A stretch of DNA of 64,000 bases from Candidatus Doudnabacteria bacterium RIFCSPHIGHO2_12_FULL_48_16 (lineage in GTDB: Bacteria; Patescibacteriota; Doudnabacteria; UBA920; O2-02-FULL-48-8), in assembly GCA_001780035.1 (NCBI GenBank), contig MFEY01000007.1, forward strand, positions 123,155 through 187,154. The letters are read 5' to 3'. Position 1 is the stretch's first letter. Each line of letters starts with the position of its first letter. A program made the translations under genes and the position numbers. A model generated the notes under the pieces. It was not told the DNA's origin. It ran no database searches and saw nothing but the letters and a program-made list of their open reading frames with translations. This document shows positions 48,312 through 57,854 of this stretch, piece after piece.

Positions 48312-51284
48312 TCAGTATCCTTTAAATGCGGACTTATAAGCCTTGTGCGCCTCGGCCAAGGACAGTTTGGCCACGGTCTGGCGGCCATTTTGAATCTGGA
48401 TCGAATCGGTATCGGTCACCTGGCCCATCAGGGCCGAACTGTTACCGGCCATCAGGGCTTCGAATTCGCTTTGGTTTTTCGGATTGATGGTCACCAGCAG
48501 CCGACCCTGGCTTTCCGAAAACAGCCGCTGCTGTGAGCTCGCGGCTTGGCCAGGCAAGGCGGCCAAATCAACTTTCGATCCCAACTTGCCCCCAAGCGCG
48601 GTTTTGGCCAAGGCGAGAGCCAATCCGCCGCGGCCGACGCTGATGCTGGATGCGATCAAATCCTTTTGAACACATTTATAAAAATCCGAATAAAGTTTGC
48701 GGTTGCGCAGACAATCAACCTGTGGCACGTTTTGGCCGGTAAACTTCTCGCCCAGCTCCTCGCTAACCATGGCCATATATTCGGATCCGCCAAGTTCGTC
48801 ATCGGTCCGACCAAGCAGATAAACCAAATCCTTGGGCGTCTTGGCATCGAGCGAGACAACCTTCGTAACATCCGGAATCACACCAATGGAAGTTATAAGG
48901 AGCGTGGGTAAAATGGAAATGGTCACCGGTCGGCCCTTCTGGTCAAACCCGGAAAAATCGTTAAACATGCTGTCCTTGCCGGAAATAAAGGGAGTTTCGT
49001 AAAGCAGCACGTGGTCAAAGCAGCTACGCACCGCTTCCTTGAGCTGGAACAACCGCTTGGGATCGGTCGAGGAGCACCAACAAAAATTATCAAGCAATGC
49101 CAGCATCTCGGGATCAGCGCCTGCCGCCACGGCATTGCGGATGGCCGTATCAATGGCTGCGCCGGCCATGCGGTAGCTGTCGAGCTCGGCATAAGAAGGA
49201 TTAATGCCATAAGAGAGAACCACGCCGCGGTTGGAGGTTAGCAACGGTTTGCTGACTGCGCAATCGCCGCTGACCCGCCCCGGGCCCTGCAGGGGCTTTA
49301 AGACCGACGTACCCTGGACTTCATGGTCATATTGCGTGCTCACAAATTCGGTGCTGGCGAGGTTTAACCGGCCCAGCATTTTAAGCAACTCCGGGCCGTA
49401 ATCTTTAACCGGGCGCAGAGGCCCGGCTGATCCGACAACTTTGACTGCTTGGGATTTAAGCTGGAGTTTGGGCAAACCGTGGTGCAAAAATTCCATAGTC
49501 AGATCAATCAAAGTCTGCCGCTTGTGCTTGACCACGCAGCGCCCCGAATCGGTAAACAGACCGATAACGGTGGCCTCGCTGCCGCGCGCCTGCAACAATT
49601 TTTTCAATTTCAGCCACTTATTCTTCGGCACGGCCAGGGTCATGCGCTCCTGCGATTCCGAGATCCAAATTTTCCATGGCTCAAGACCGGGATACTTGAG
49701 CGGCACTTTGTCCAGCCAGACCAGGCAGCCGCCGGACTCCTTGGCCATTTCCGGCACGGAGCTCGACAAGCCTCCGGCGCCGTTGTCCGTAATGCTGCGG
49801 TAGAGCCCGAGGTCGCGAGCCTCTTTGACCAACGCGTCGCTGAATTTTTTTTGAGTGATCGGATCACCGATCTGGACCGCGGTGGCGGGACTGCCGGCAT
49901 CAATGCCTTCGGACGAAAACGTGGCCCCGTGAATGCCATCCTGGCCGACGCGGCCGCCGACCATGACAATGTAATCGCCCGGTCGGGCTTGTTTTTCGTA
50001 AAGCTTAAGCCCACGGGCGCGTTTGGGAATCAAGCCGACGGTGCCGGCAAAAACCATGGGCTTGCCGCGGTAAGAATCGTCAAACAGCATAAACCCCAGG
50101 GCGGTGGGAACGCCCGAGCAGTTCCCGCCGACGTTGATGCCACGAATCACCCCTTCCATAATACGCTTGGGCGGCAAGATTTTTTGGGTTAAATTGGAAT
50201 CGCGATAAAGCGGCCGCCGATCACGCGGATCGGCGAAACAAAATCCATAAGTGTTAATAACAGGCTTGGCGCCCAGGCCAAAACCGATGGTATCGCGGTT
50301 AACGCCAACAATCCCGGTAATCGCCCCGCCAAACGGATCAAGGGCCGAGGGCGTATTGTGAGTTTCCACTTTGTGCGTGATCAGATAATTTTGGTCGAAT
50401 TCAATCGCCCCCGAATTGTCGGTAAAGACCGAGGCACAAAAATCCTTATCGCCTTTTTTCTGGCGGATAATTTCCGTGGCGCGCTTGATGTAGGTTTTAT
50501 AAAGACCATCCTTGATTTCATCCAAAGGGTTGGCAAAAATCGTATGTTTGCAATGTTCGCTCCAGGTTTGCGCCAGGGCTTCCAGCTCCACGTCAGTCGG
50601 GTTGCGCTTTAAAAACGCAAACTGCTTTTGGATGGCCTTCATATAAGGCAGGCTTAGGGCCAGGGGTCCCCGCCGGCTGCCGTCGGGATTGGCAATGCCT
50701 TGTTTGCCGATTTTGACCAGCTCTTCATCTGGAACATTGAGGTTGACTTGCCGAACCAGCTTGCCGGGCCGCAGGGCAACTTTTGGCACGACGCGCCCCA
50801 AGCCGCGGTCGCGGACGAATTGGCGATAATTTTTTATCTGGGCCCGCTGGATCAGCGGATTGTGAAGCGAGCCGGCAATTTTGTCCACTTCGTCCTCGGT
50901 CAGCTTACCTGTAATAAAAAACAGCTGCGAGCTGTAAATGCTTTCGCTGGCCTTAAATTTTTTGCCCAACAAGTCGGAGGCGGCTTCGGCCGCAGTGGCG
51001 CCCACGTTATCGGTCACGCCCGGCAAAAAACCGATTTCAATAACCCAATCAAACCGCCCTTGGGGCTTGCTGGCATTGATCGTGATCTCTTCGGTCAGCG
51101 GATTGGCCAGAGACTGCCCGATTTGGCGGGTTTGCGCCGCGGTCAGCGCCGCATCCACCATATAAGAGTCAACCACCAAGACGCGTTTAATTTTGCCCTT
51201 TAGCCCCAGGTTTTCGAAGTTTGCCTGTTTGACCCAGCCGCGCGTGTCCGGAACTTTGAATTTGATGTCTAATCTGGTGGCCAT
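48312..51284 (-). CDS. purL: phosphoribosylformylglycinamidine synthase, fused PurS-PurL
   Basis: ~990 aa; N-terminal PurS-like 80 aa ('MATRLDIKFKVPDTRG') then PurL AIRS/AIRS_C duplications; start placed at the Met after a likely spurious 24-codon extension. Confidence 0.85.
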   Translation of the reverse strand: MATRLDIKFKVPDTRGWVKQANFENLGLKGKIKRVLVVDSYMVDAALTAAQTRQIGQSLANPLTEEITINASKPQGRFDWVIEIGFLPGVTDNVGATAAEAASDLLGKKFKASESIYSSQLFFITGKLTEDEVDKIAGSLHNPLIQRAQIKNYRQFVRDRGLGRVVPKVALRPGKLVRQVNLNVPDEELVKIGKQGIANPDGSRRGPLALSLPYMKAIQKQFAFLKRNPTDVELEALAQTWSEHCKHTIFANPLDEIKDGLYKTYIKRATEIIRQKKGDKDFCASVFTDNSGAIEFDQNYLITHKVETHNTPSALDPFGGAITGIVGVNRDTIGFGLGAKPVINTYGFCFADPRDRRPLYRDSNLTQKILPPKRIMEGVIRGINVGGNCSGVPTALGFMLFDDSYRGKPMVFAGTVGLIPKRARGLKLYEKQARPGDYIVMVGGRVGQDGIHGATFSSEGIDAGSPATAVQIGDPITQKKFSDALVKEARDLGLYRSITDNGAGGLSSSVPEMAKESGGCLVWLDKVPLKYPGLEPWKIWISESQERMTLAVPKNKWLKLKKLLQARGSEATVIGLFTDSGRCVVKHKRQTLIDLTMEFLHHGLPKLQLKSQAVKVVGSAGPLRPVKDYGPELLKMLGRLNLASTEFVSTQYDHEVQGTSVLKPLQGPGRVSGDCAVSKPLLTSNRGVVLSYGINPSYAELDSYRMAGAAIDTAIRNAVAAGADPEMLALLDNFCWCSSTDPKRLFQLKEAVRSCFDHVLLYETPFISGKDSMFNDFSGFDQKGRPVTISILPTLLITSIGVIPDVTKVVSLDAKTPKDLVYLLGRTDDELGGSEYMAMVSEELGEKFTGQNVPQVDCLRNRKLYSDFYKCVQKDLIASSISVGRGGLALALAKTALGGKLGSKVDLAALPGQAASSQQRLFSESQGRLLVTINPKNQSEFEALMAGNSSALMGQVTDTDSIQIQNGRQTVAKLSLAEAHKAYKSAFKGY

Positions 51285-51382
51285 GTGATTTTTTCCAGTA
51301 TAATCGAATCCAGGCCAAAAAACAACCGCCAACTGCCCGCGTCTTGACAAACGCAACTCAGTTGCGTTAAGCTGCAGAGGTC

Positions 51383-51799
51383 ATGAACTATCCCCTGATC
51401 AAACAGCTGCGGGAGCAAGGTTCCCGCATTACCAAAGTCCGGCGCCGGCTGGCCGGAATTTTTGAGCGCCATCATCTGCCTCTAACTGAGCAGGAACTGC
51501 GCTTGCGACTGGCCAAAGCCGGCAGCATCGTCAACAAAACCACAATCTATCGCGAGCTGGCGCACCTGAAAATCAAAAACATCATCAAGGAAGTCGATCT
51601 CGACGACGGCAAGAAGCGGTTTGAGTTAAATTTCCATCAGCATCATCATCACCTGGTTTGCACCAAGTGCCGGATGATCGACGATATTTTTGTGCACAAT
51701 GACGTTCGGCATGTCGAACAGAAGATCCGCAAGGAAAAAAAATTTCTAATTCAGAGCCATTCCCTGGAATTCTTTGGCCTGTGTAAAAACTGCCATTAA
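51383..51799 (+). CDS. Fur family metalloregulator (Zur-like)
   Basis: 138 aa; 'HHHHLVCTKC...C..C' Fur metal sites; upstream of a ZIP transporter. Confidence 0.8.
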   Translation: MNYPLIKQLREQGSRITKVRRRLAGIFERHHLPLTEQELRLRLAKAGSIVNKTTIYRELAHLKIKNIIKEVDLDDGKKRFELNFHQHHHHLVCTKCRMIDDIFVHNDVRHVEQKIRKEKKFLIQSHSLEFFGLCKNCH

Positions 51800-51815
51800 T
51801 TAAGATAAATAAATT

Positions 51816-52562
51816 ATGAATACGGCCAGCATTTATGCCCTCCTCAGTGTCTTTGTCGTCAGCCTGGTATCGTTTGTCGGAATCTTAACCCTGTCATTGC
51901 ATTCGCGGTTCGGCAAATCAATGCTGCATTTTATCGTGAGTTTTGCGGCCGGCGCGTTGTTGGGAGATGTGTTTATCCACCTGCTGCCCGAAGTGGCGGC
52001 AGAAGGTAAATTTACCGCGCAACTGTCATGGGTAATATTGGCAACAATTGTTATTTTTTTTCTTACTGAAAAATTAATCCATTGGCATCACCATCATGAT
52101 GAAACAGAAGAATCCAAACAAACTCACCATCCAGTTGCCCTACTCAATCTTGTGGGCGATGGGCTGCACAATATGATCGACGGATTGATTATCGGTGGGG
52201 CTTACCTGGTGGATTGGAAACTTGGATTGGCGACTACGGTGGCAGTGGTGCTCCACGAAATTCCGCAGGAGATTGGCGACTTCGGGGTCTTGATTTATGC
52301 GGGACTTAGTCGACGGCGGGCGTTGTTTTATAACTTTCTTTCCGGTCTGACCGCCATGGTCGGCGTAATAATCGCGCTTACGCTTAAAAATACTGAAAAC
52401 ATCGCCACGATCCTTGTTGCCATCGGGATCGGATCCTTTCTTTATATCTCTGTAGCCGATTTAATCCCCGAAATCCATAAAACCCGCGACAAAATTTGGG
52501 TGGCCTTTATCGCCATCCTGTCTGGCATCGGAGTAATGGCCGCTCTATTACTCTTGGAATAA
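51816..52562 (+). CDS. ZIP family zinc transporter (ZupT-like)
   Basis: 248 aa; 'HEIPQEIGDFGVLIYAG' ZIP signature; His-rich loop 'HWHHHHDE'. Confidence 0.8.
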   Translation: MNTASIYALLSVFVVSLVSFVGILTLSLHSRFGKSMLHFIVSFAAGALLGDVFIHLLPEVAAEGKFTAQLSWVILATIVIFFLTEKLIHWHHHHDETEESKQTHHPVALLNLVGDGLHNMIDGLIIGGAYLVDWKLGLATTVAVVLHEIPQEIGDFGVLIYAGLSRRRALFYNFLSGLTAMVGVIIALTLKNTENIATILVAIGIGSFLYISVADLIPEIHKTRDKIWVAFIAILSGIGVMAALLLLE

Positions 52563-52672
52563 TTTTCGTAACGCCAATTACCCGCTTTCGTTGAAATTCC
52601 GTCACCGCCTATGGCGGGATCCCGCCGACAATTAAAATATTAAGGCCGTGGCGGGAAAAGGAGAGCAAATAT

Positions 52673-52894
52673 ATGGCATGGTATGGAGATTCCAAAGGGC
52701 ATGCGGAAGCGGGCCGCAAAGGCGGCAAGGCTCAGGGCCAACGCAATAATCCCGGCAATTTTGCCAACGATCGTGAAAAAGCCAAACGGGCCGGCCAAAA
52801 AGGCGGCTCTGCCAGTCCCAACCGCACGATGCTGGTGCGAAATCGCCCGCAAGAAGAGACGGTCAACCAAAAATATGGAGTGGTCAGCCGTTAA
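52673..52894 (+). CDS. KGG-repeat general stress protein (YciG/con-10-like)
   Basis: 73 aa; repeated 'KGG'/'RKGG' motifs, Gly/Lys/Gln-rich. Confidence 0.55.
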   Translation: MAWYGDSKGHAEAGRKGGKAQGQRNNPGNFANDREKAKRAGQKGGSASPNRTMLVRNRPQEETVNQKYGVVSR

Positions 52895-52910
52895 TTGTCA
52901 TAAATAAATA

Positions 52911-53984
52911 TTATTTCGCCTGCGCGATAAACAGATCCACCAGGAGGCGTGGGTTGGGATCGGAAGATTTCAGTTTGAGATCAATTGCCAGCAGTTGGGC
53001 CAGCAATCGCTTAAGCGTTGTCGGGGTCCAGTGTTTGGCATGGCTGGCGAGGATAAAAATCCGGCCGGGCTTAAAACCCAATTTTTCCGCCATAGCCGCC
53101 GGAGTCAGGCCCGATTCCGTCAATAGGCTCACCAGCAGCAGGCTGCGGAATTGTTCCGACAAAAGCCCGATGATTTTGATAAAAGCGGATTTCTCGTCGC
53201 CGCCGGTTGAATCCAAATAGTTGGCCAAAGCTTCGAAGGATTTTTCCGATTGGCGAGTTGCCAAATGATCGCTTAAGGCAAAGACCGAATCCGGAACTTT
53301 GGGCTTAATCATGGCTTGGACCAGGGCTGGATCAATCTGATCCGAGGCAGCCGCGAGTTTGGAAAGTTCCGAATGAGCCTCCCAAAGGTCGAAGGCTTCC
53401 TTGCGCTCGATAATGCGGCCACCGATCTTTTTTTCTTCCGCCAAATCCCGGCCCAGAAACCGCGCCAACAGATCGGCCGCAGCCGGCGAAATCGTGACGT
53501 TCAATGTTTTGGCCATGGCCATGAGCCAGGAATCGAGTTGTTTGCCCGCCGGCAGATTAAATTCCGTGACGTTGACCTGGGCCATAAACTGTTTGGTAAA
53601 TTTGAGCCGGCCGTCCGGCCGGCTCGTTTGCCAGAAAATCACAAAAAAATCTTTCGGCACTTGAGCCGGCAGTTCCAGCAAAAAGCTGATCAATTTTTCC
53701 TGATCGGCTTTTTTGGGCAACCCATCCCGGATGATGATCAATCGTTTGGATGAAAATAACGACGGCGCCAACTGGTCCTGCAGACGCTGAATCAATTCCG
53801 TCTCCAGCAATTCCGCCCGGTCACCCCACCCTTCGCGAAGGGTGGGGTCAAAAAAACTGATCGCCATGGACGAATATTTTTTGGCAAATTCTTCTTTCCA
53901 CCGGTCAATTTTGCGACGTAAACTAAAATCGTCCTGCCCGTAAAATAAATAGAGGTTGGATTTGGTTTCTGCTGGTGATGCCAT
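52911..53984 (-). CDS. holA: DNA polymerase III delta subunit-like
   Basis: 357 aa; 'LYLFYGQDDF' N-terminus and helical C-terminal domains typical of HolA; weak motifs. Confidence 0.5.
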   Translation of the reverse strand: MASPAETKSNLYLFYGQDDFSLRRKIDRWKEEFAKKYSSMAISFFDPTLREGWGDRAELLETELIQRLQDQLAPSLFSSKRLIIIRDGLPKKADQEKLISFLLELPAQVPKDFFVIFWQTSRPDGRLKFTKQFMAQVNVTEFNLPAGKQLDSWLMAMAKTLNVTISPAAADLLARFLGRDLAEEKKIGGRIIERKEAFDLWEAHSELSKLAAASDQIDPALVQAMIKPKVPDSVFALSDHLATRQSEKSFEALANYLDSTGGDEKSAFIKIIGLLSEQFRSLLLVSLLTESGLTPAAMAEKLGFKPGRIFILASHAKHWTPTTLKRLLAQLLAIDLKLKSSDPNPRLLVDLFIAQAK

Positions 53985-53997
53985 AATAAAATTACTC

Positions 53998-54072
53998 TGG
54001 TGCGTCCGGAGGGAATCGAACCCCCAATAACGGTTCCGAAGACCGTTGTGATATCCGTTTCACCACGGACGC
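53998..54072 (-). tRNA. tRNA-Arg (TCG)
   Basis: acceptor GCGTCCG/CGGACGC, D-stem GTGA/TCAC, anticodon stem ACGGT/ACCGT with loop CTTCGGA, T-loop TTCGATT, CCA encoded. Confidence 0.7.
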
Positions 54073-54141
54073 CTAAATAGCCCAAAAATCATAGCATTTT
54101 TAAGCCTTGAAATCAAAGATTTAGGGTGTTAAGCTAGAGGC

Positions 54142-54351
54142 ATGCAGAACGGCGACAAAATTATGAATGTTGAGGAATTGTCCAAATTTTTTGGCGTGTC
54201 CAATCAAACCATCTGGCGCTGGTGCAAATCAGGAAAACTGCCGGCTTTTAAGATCGGCTCCCAATGGAAAATCCGCCAGTCCGACATTAATAAGATTATC
54301 AGCCAAAAAATTGAAAAAAAGAAAGCGGACAATCAGGCCAAGCTATTCTAA
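54142..54351 (+). CDS. excisionase/MerR-like HTH DNA-binding protein
   Basis: 69 aa; 'MNVEELSKFFGVSNQTIWRWCKSGKLPAFKIGSQWKIRQSDI' (HTH_17-type). Confidence 0.6.
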   Translation: MQNGDKIMNVEELSKFFGVSNQTIWRWCKSGKLPAFKIGSQWKIRQSDINKIISQKIEKKKADNQAKLF

Positions 54352-54355
54352 ATTA

Positions 54356-54652
54356 ATGAAGTTATTCCAGCGGCGGAAAGAAAATTTTACCTGCGGGCAT
54401 TGCGGATTCCAAGTGACCGGCACCGGCTATACCAATCATTGCCCGAAATGCTTGTTTAGCAAACATGTGGATGTAAACCCAGGAGACCGGAGCGAAATTT
54501 GCCAGGGGCTCATGAAACCGATTGGGGTGGAGCAAAAATCGGGCGAATATATCATCATCCACAAATGTAGAAATTGTAAAGCGATTAAAAAAAATAAATC
54601 TGCGCCCGAAGATAATTTTGACCTAATCCTCGAACTGACCCAAGCTCCCTAA
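54356..54652 (+). CDS. RNHCP domain protein (native-composition paralog)
   Basis: ~98 aa from Met 54356; 'FTCGHCGF...YTNHCPKCLFSKHVD...HKCRNCK'. Confidence 0.55.
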   Translation: MKLFQRRKENFTCGHCGFQVTGTGYTNHCPKCLFSKHVDVNPGDRSEICQGLMKPIGVEQKSGEYIIIHKCRNCKAIKKNKSAPEDNFDLILELTQAP

Positions 54653-54711
54653 GGGGGCTTTTAAATTTAGCGCAAAAACCTTATACTATGGTGGATCTAC
54701 AAGGAGGCTTG

Positions 54712-54912
54712 ATGACTGAACAACAGGCCGCGAATCTGACGCCCGACCAACCCATCATCATCCGCAAGAAAGGCCGCGTCCACCCGGCGACATTCCTCCG
54801 GCATCTGGGCAAGGGCCTACTCCTGTCAGAGTGCAGGATGACGGTACGGGTCGTGACGCTCGCCGAGGCCGACTTACCCCCAACGCCGATCAACACCCCG
54901 GAGGCCTCGTGA
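54712..54912 (+). CDS. small GC-rich hypothetical ORF (66 aa)
   Basis: 'aggagg' SD before ATG 54712; GC-rich. Confidence 0.3.
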   Translation: MTEQQAANLTPDQPIIIRKKGRVHPATFLRHLGKGLLLSECRMTVRVVTLAEADLPPTPINTPEAS

Positions 54913-55133
54913 CCGCCGACACAGCGCACCAGCTCAAGCCGGGAACAAAGTTCTTGGCGGAAGGCTACAACAACGGCACCAGCATCTGCCGGTTCCGACA
55001 GGCTCTTCCGGCCACCGTCATCAGCGTGGATCCGGAGGGGATCACCGCCGTGCTCGTTGGGGAAGGCTGGTCCACCCGCCACGTGCCGTTCGACCTGGCC
55101 CACCAGATCGCGGAAAAAATCACGAGCAAGTAG
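54908..55133 (+). CDS. small GC-rich hypothetical ORF (74 aa), GTG start overlapping the previous stop
   Basis: GTGA overlap; followed by two terminators. Confidence 0.3.
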
Positions 55134-55168
55134 CTCCCGCGACGCTGACCCTCCATGCTACCCACGCC

Positions 55169-55238
55169 CCAGGCACGACACATCGTCTGCCTGGGCCTCT
55201 TTTTTTTCAAAAATAAACCGCCCCAGAGGCGGCTTTTT
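55169..55238 (+). terminator. tandem rho-independent terminators
   Basis: 'ccaggca-cgacacatcgtc-tgcctgg' + T8, then 'ccgcc-ccaga-ggcgg' + T5. Confidence 0.5.
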
Positions 55239-55253
55239 CGAGAGAGATTCATT

Positions 55254-55329
55254 TGGTGGAGTGGCTGGGACTCGAACCCAGAACCAATTGCTTAAGAGGC
55301 AACTGCTCTACCAGTTGAGCTACCACTCC
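55254..55329 (-). tRNA. tRNA-Lys (CTT)
   Basis: acceptor GGAGTGG/CCACTCC, D-arm GCTC-AACTGGTA-GAGC, anticodon loop CTCTTAA, T-arm CTGGG-TTCGAGT-CCCAG, CCA encoded. Confidence 0.8.
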
Positions 55330-55386
55330 GCAAATAGGCTAAATTAGCTTACTCTTTTTCCGGACTTTTTTCAAGCCCCAATCAGG

Positions 55387-55641
55387 CTATTTAAACGGAT
55401 TGGGGTTGCGGAGATTGGCCGGCTGGGGAGCAAAGTTTTTTTCGGAATCAATCAACTGGAGAGTGTGATTGTATGAGTTCAAATCCAGCCGGACCACGGA
55501 GCCGATGGTGTCCGAAACCTGGGAGGAAAGATTTTGGTAAAGCAGTGAATACAATAAATACAGTTCCCAGGCCACAATCAATAAAACCGCTGCGATCAGC
55601 AAGAATCCAGGATTAAATGAATTGGCTTTGGATTTACTCAT
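55387..55641 (-). CDS. small membrane protein downstream of pilO (pilus-associated, hypothetical)
   Basis: ~85 aa from internal Met; single TM; part of the pil operon. Confidence 0.35.
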   Translation of the reverse strand: MSKSKANSFNPGFLLIAAVLLIVAWELYLLYSLLYQNLSSQVSDTIGSVVRLDLNSYNHTLQLIDSEKNFAPQPANLRNPNPFK

Positions 55642-56221
55642 TGTCTGGTTGTTTAACAAAGAATACCCCGTCAAATACGCCCAAAACCTTGCCGGTGCGG
55701 ACAAACTTTCCCGTATCCGATTGCTTAATTTCCGGCGAAAGATCAATTTTGTCTATTTCGGTGCCGTGCGGCAGGTGTTCCAAATAGCCTAAAAAATTAA
55801 TCAGGCCAATATAATCATTAGATGTGGTGATACGGTAATGCACTTCCGCAATCCCCTGTTTGCCGGGTATGGTATCGGGCATGGGATTTTTTGGGTCCGG
55901 ATCTTTGATATCCAAAATCTCCACAGTGCCTGTTTTTCCGGCGGCCTGTTCGAGCTCCATCACTGGAACGACGAGATTATCCTGGTTCACGATCCGGCCA
56001 GCAATTTCCGTGCGCCGAGAAGCTTTCTCAATATCATTCTTGGCGCTTTGAAAAGCCAAAATCTGCTGATCAATTGTTGCCAGTTCCATCTGGGTTTGCT
56101 TCATTTCCTGATTCGCGGCCAAGACGGAACCCAACACCGGCCGCACGACCAACATCACTAAACCGAAAACAATCAGGATTCCGGCAATGGCAATAGAAAC
56201 AATCTTGCTTAGAGCGCTCAT
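55634..56221 (-). CDS. pilO: type IV pilus assembly protein PilO-like
   Basis: 195 aa; N-terminal TM then coiled coil; position after pilN. Confidence 0.55.
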   Translation of the reverse strand: MSALSKIVSIAIAGILIVFGLVMLVVRPVLGSVLAANQEMKQTQMELATIDQQILAFQSAKNDIEKASRRTEIAGRIVNQDNLVVPVMELEQAAGKTGTVEILDIKDPDPKNPMPDTIPGKQGIAEVHYRITTSNDYIGLINFLGYLEHLPHGTEIDKIDLSPEIKQSDTGKFVRTGKVLGVFDGVFFVKQPDNE

Positions 56222-56775
56222 GGTTGTTTGACGGTCTCGGGATTAATGTAGAAAGTAAAGGTAAACGGATCATTCGTCGCCTGATTAAGGTTGGAGAGCG
56301 GAAAATTAATATTCATAAAGTATGCCGATTTATGAAGGTCGCCCCAAAACTTTAATATGTTGTCGCGGTTACCGGCCGTGCCTTTGATTTCAATTTTTCC
56401 GGTCGCCCGATCGAGTGTCAACAAATCGATCTGTAAATCGCTAGGCAACAAATTACCCAACTCAGTCAATGCCTGGGACCAATAATAGTGGTTGGCGTTC
56501 AATTTATCAACATTGGCTATGTCCTGATTAAGGCGAAGAATTTCAAGTTTTAATTCTTCGTTGCCGGATGTCTTGAGCGTCTGCCGTTTGGTTTCGATCG
56601 CCGCCAAAACCTGCTGATTCTGGCTGATTAGATAGGTGCGGCCAACAATGACGACAATCAAAAATACTACCAGCGTAATGAGTATCCAGAGCCAAAACGC
56701 CAGCAGTTGGTTGGCGAATAAATGCAGTTGAAACTCCCGCTGCCAGATTTTCGGTAAAAGATTAATACGTCTCAT
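56218..56775 (-). CDS. pilN: type IV pilus assembly protein PilN-like
   Basis: 185 aa; 'MRRINLLP' N-terminus, single TM, coiled-coil periplasmic part. Confidence 0.6.
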   Translation of the reverse strand: MRRINLLPKIWQREFQLHLFANQLLAFWLWILITLVVFLIVVIVGRTYLISQNQQVLAAIETKRQTLKTSGNEELKLEILRLNQDIANVDKLNANHYYWSQALTELGNLLPSDLQIDLLTLDRATGKIEIKGTAGNRDNILKFWGDLHKSAYFMNINFPLSNLNQATNDPFTFTFYINPETVKQP

Positions 56776-57829
56776 TGGTTATTCCGCGTAGGGCCAGACC
56801 GGTGACCGTAGTAAATCCCAGAGCTTCGACCTGGGCGATCGTCGGGTTGGCCGCAGTATTGGCCCAAGGGTTACCCAGACGGACCTCGATTCCCGCGCCA
56901 TCGGCGGTATTAATTTTAGAAGACAAATAATCGCTCAGGCCGGCGAGTTTGGCCGTGCCGCCGCACAACAAAATTGTGTCGATCTGGGGCTGAGCCGGAT
57001 CGCGGTCCGTAAAAAACTTTAAAATTTTTCTGATTTCCTCAACCAAACCGTCCAGAATCGGAGTTAATGCCTGCGTCAGGCTGATTCCGTCAACCTGGGC
57101 AATCAGTCCGGCGCCTTGTTTGAGCTTCTCAGCCGCCTCCAAGGGAACATTAAAGCTCCGGGCAATGCTTTCAGTCAGTGCTCGGCCGGCCAGCGGCACA
57201 CTTGATGTGTATTGGATCACTCCCGCTTCAACCAAAATAAAACTGGTTTGCTTGGTGGCCAAATCGACAATTAAGATATTCTTTTGCAAATCCGCACTGG
57301 CAATCAGCGACCTCGCCGTTGCTTGCGACTCCAATTCCATGGCAATCGGCGTTAAACGCGCCAGTTTCAGACTTTCAATTAAGGCGTCCACGTAAGCTTT
57401 CGGCGAAGCCATAACCAGCAAATCCAAGCGGTCTCGGCCGCGCTTAATCACCTGCCAGTCCAGATAGACTTGATCAATGGGCAGAGGAATTTCCTGTTCC
57501 AGCTCATAAGGAACCGCGCCGTCAATTTCCGATTCTTCCATCAGCGGCAGGCTTAAATTGCGGACAAACGACTTGGCTTCCGGAATCGAGCAGACGACGC
57601 GATTGGTTTCGATTTTCCCCGCGCTGGCGAGAACGACCTTAATGTTATCAGCCAGTTTTTGTTCGTTAACAATCATGCTGTTCTTGATCACTTTGTCAGC
57701 CAGCGGCACATTGGCAAACGCCGACGGAACCAATCCCGTCGCGGTCTGGGCCAGTTGCATGACTTTGATCGAACTGTCCGAAATGTCCAAGCCGAATGCT
57801 TTGATTTTTTTGTTTCCAAAAATGCCCAT
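56762..57829 (-). CDS. pilM: type IV pilus assembly protein PilM (actin-like ATPase fold)
   Basis: 355 aa; 'FGLDISDSSIKVMQL' N-terminus, actin/FtsA-like fold. Confidence 0.7.
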   Translation of the reverse strand: MGIFGNKKIKAFGLDISDSSIKVMQLAQTATGLVPSAFANVPLADKVIKNSMIVNEQKLADNIKVVLASAGKIETNRVVCSIPEAKSFVRNLSLPLMEESEIDGAVPYELEQEIPLPIDQVYLDWQVIKRGRDRLDLLVMASPKAYVDALIESLKLARLTPIAMELESQATARSLIASADLQKNILIVDLATKQTSFILVEAGVIQYTSSVPLAGRALTESIARSFNVPLEAAEKLKQGAGLIAQVDGISLTQALTPILDGLVEEIRKILKFFTDRDPAQPQIDTILLCGGTAKLAGLSDYLSSKINTADGAGIEVRLGNPWANTAANPTIAQVEALGFTTVTGLALRGITNETY

Positions 57830-57854
57830 AATTTGTTTAATTATACCATAAAAT

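Noticed and set aside
49449-50192. 247-aa ORF antisense to purL
   Set aside because: Spurious open frame in a GC-rich segment. PurL motifs are on the other strand.
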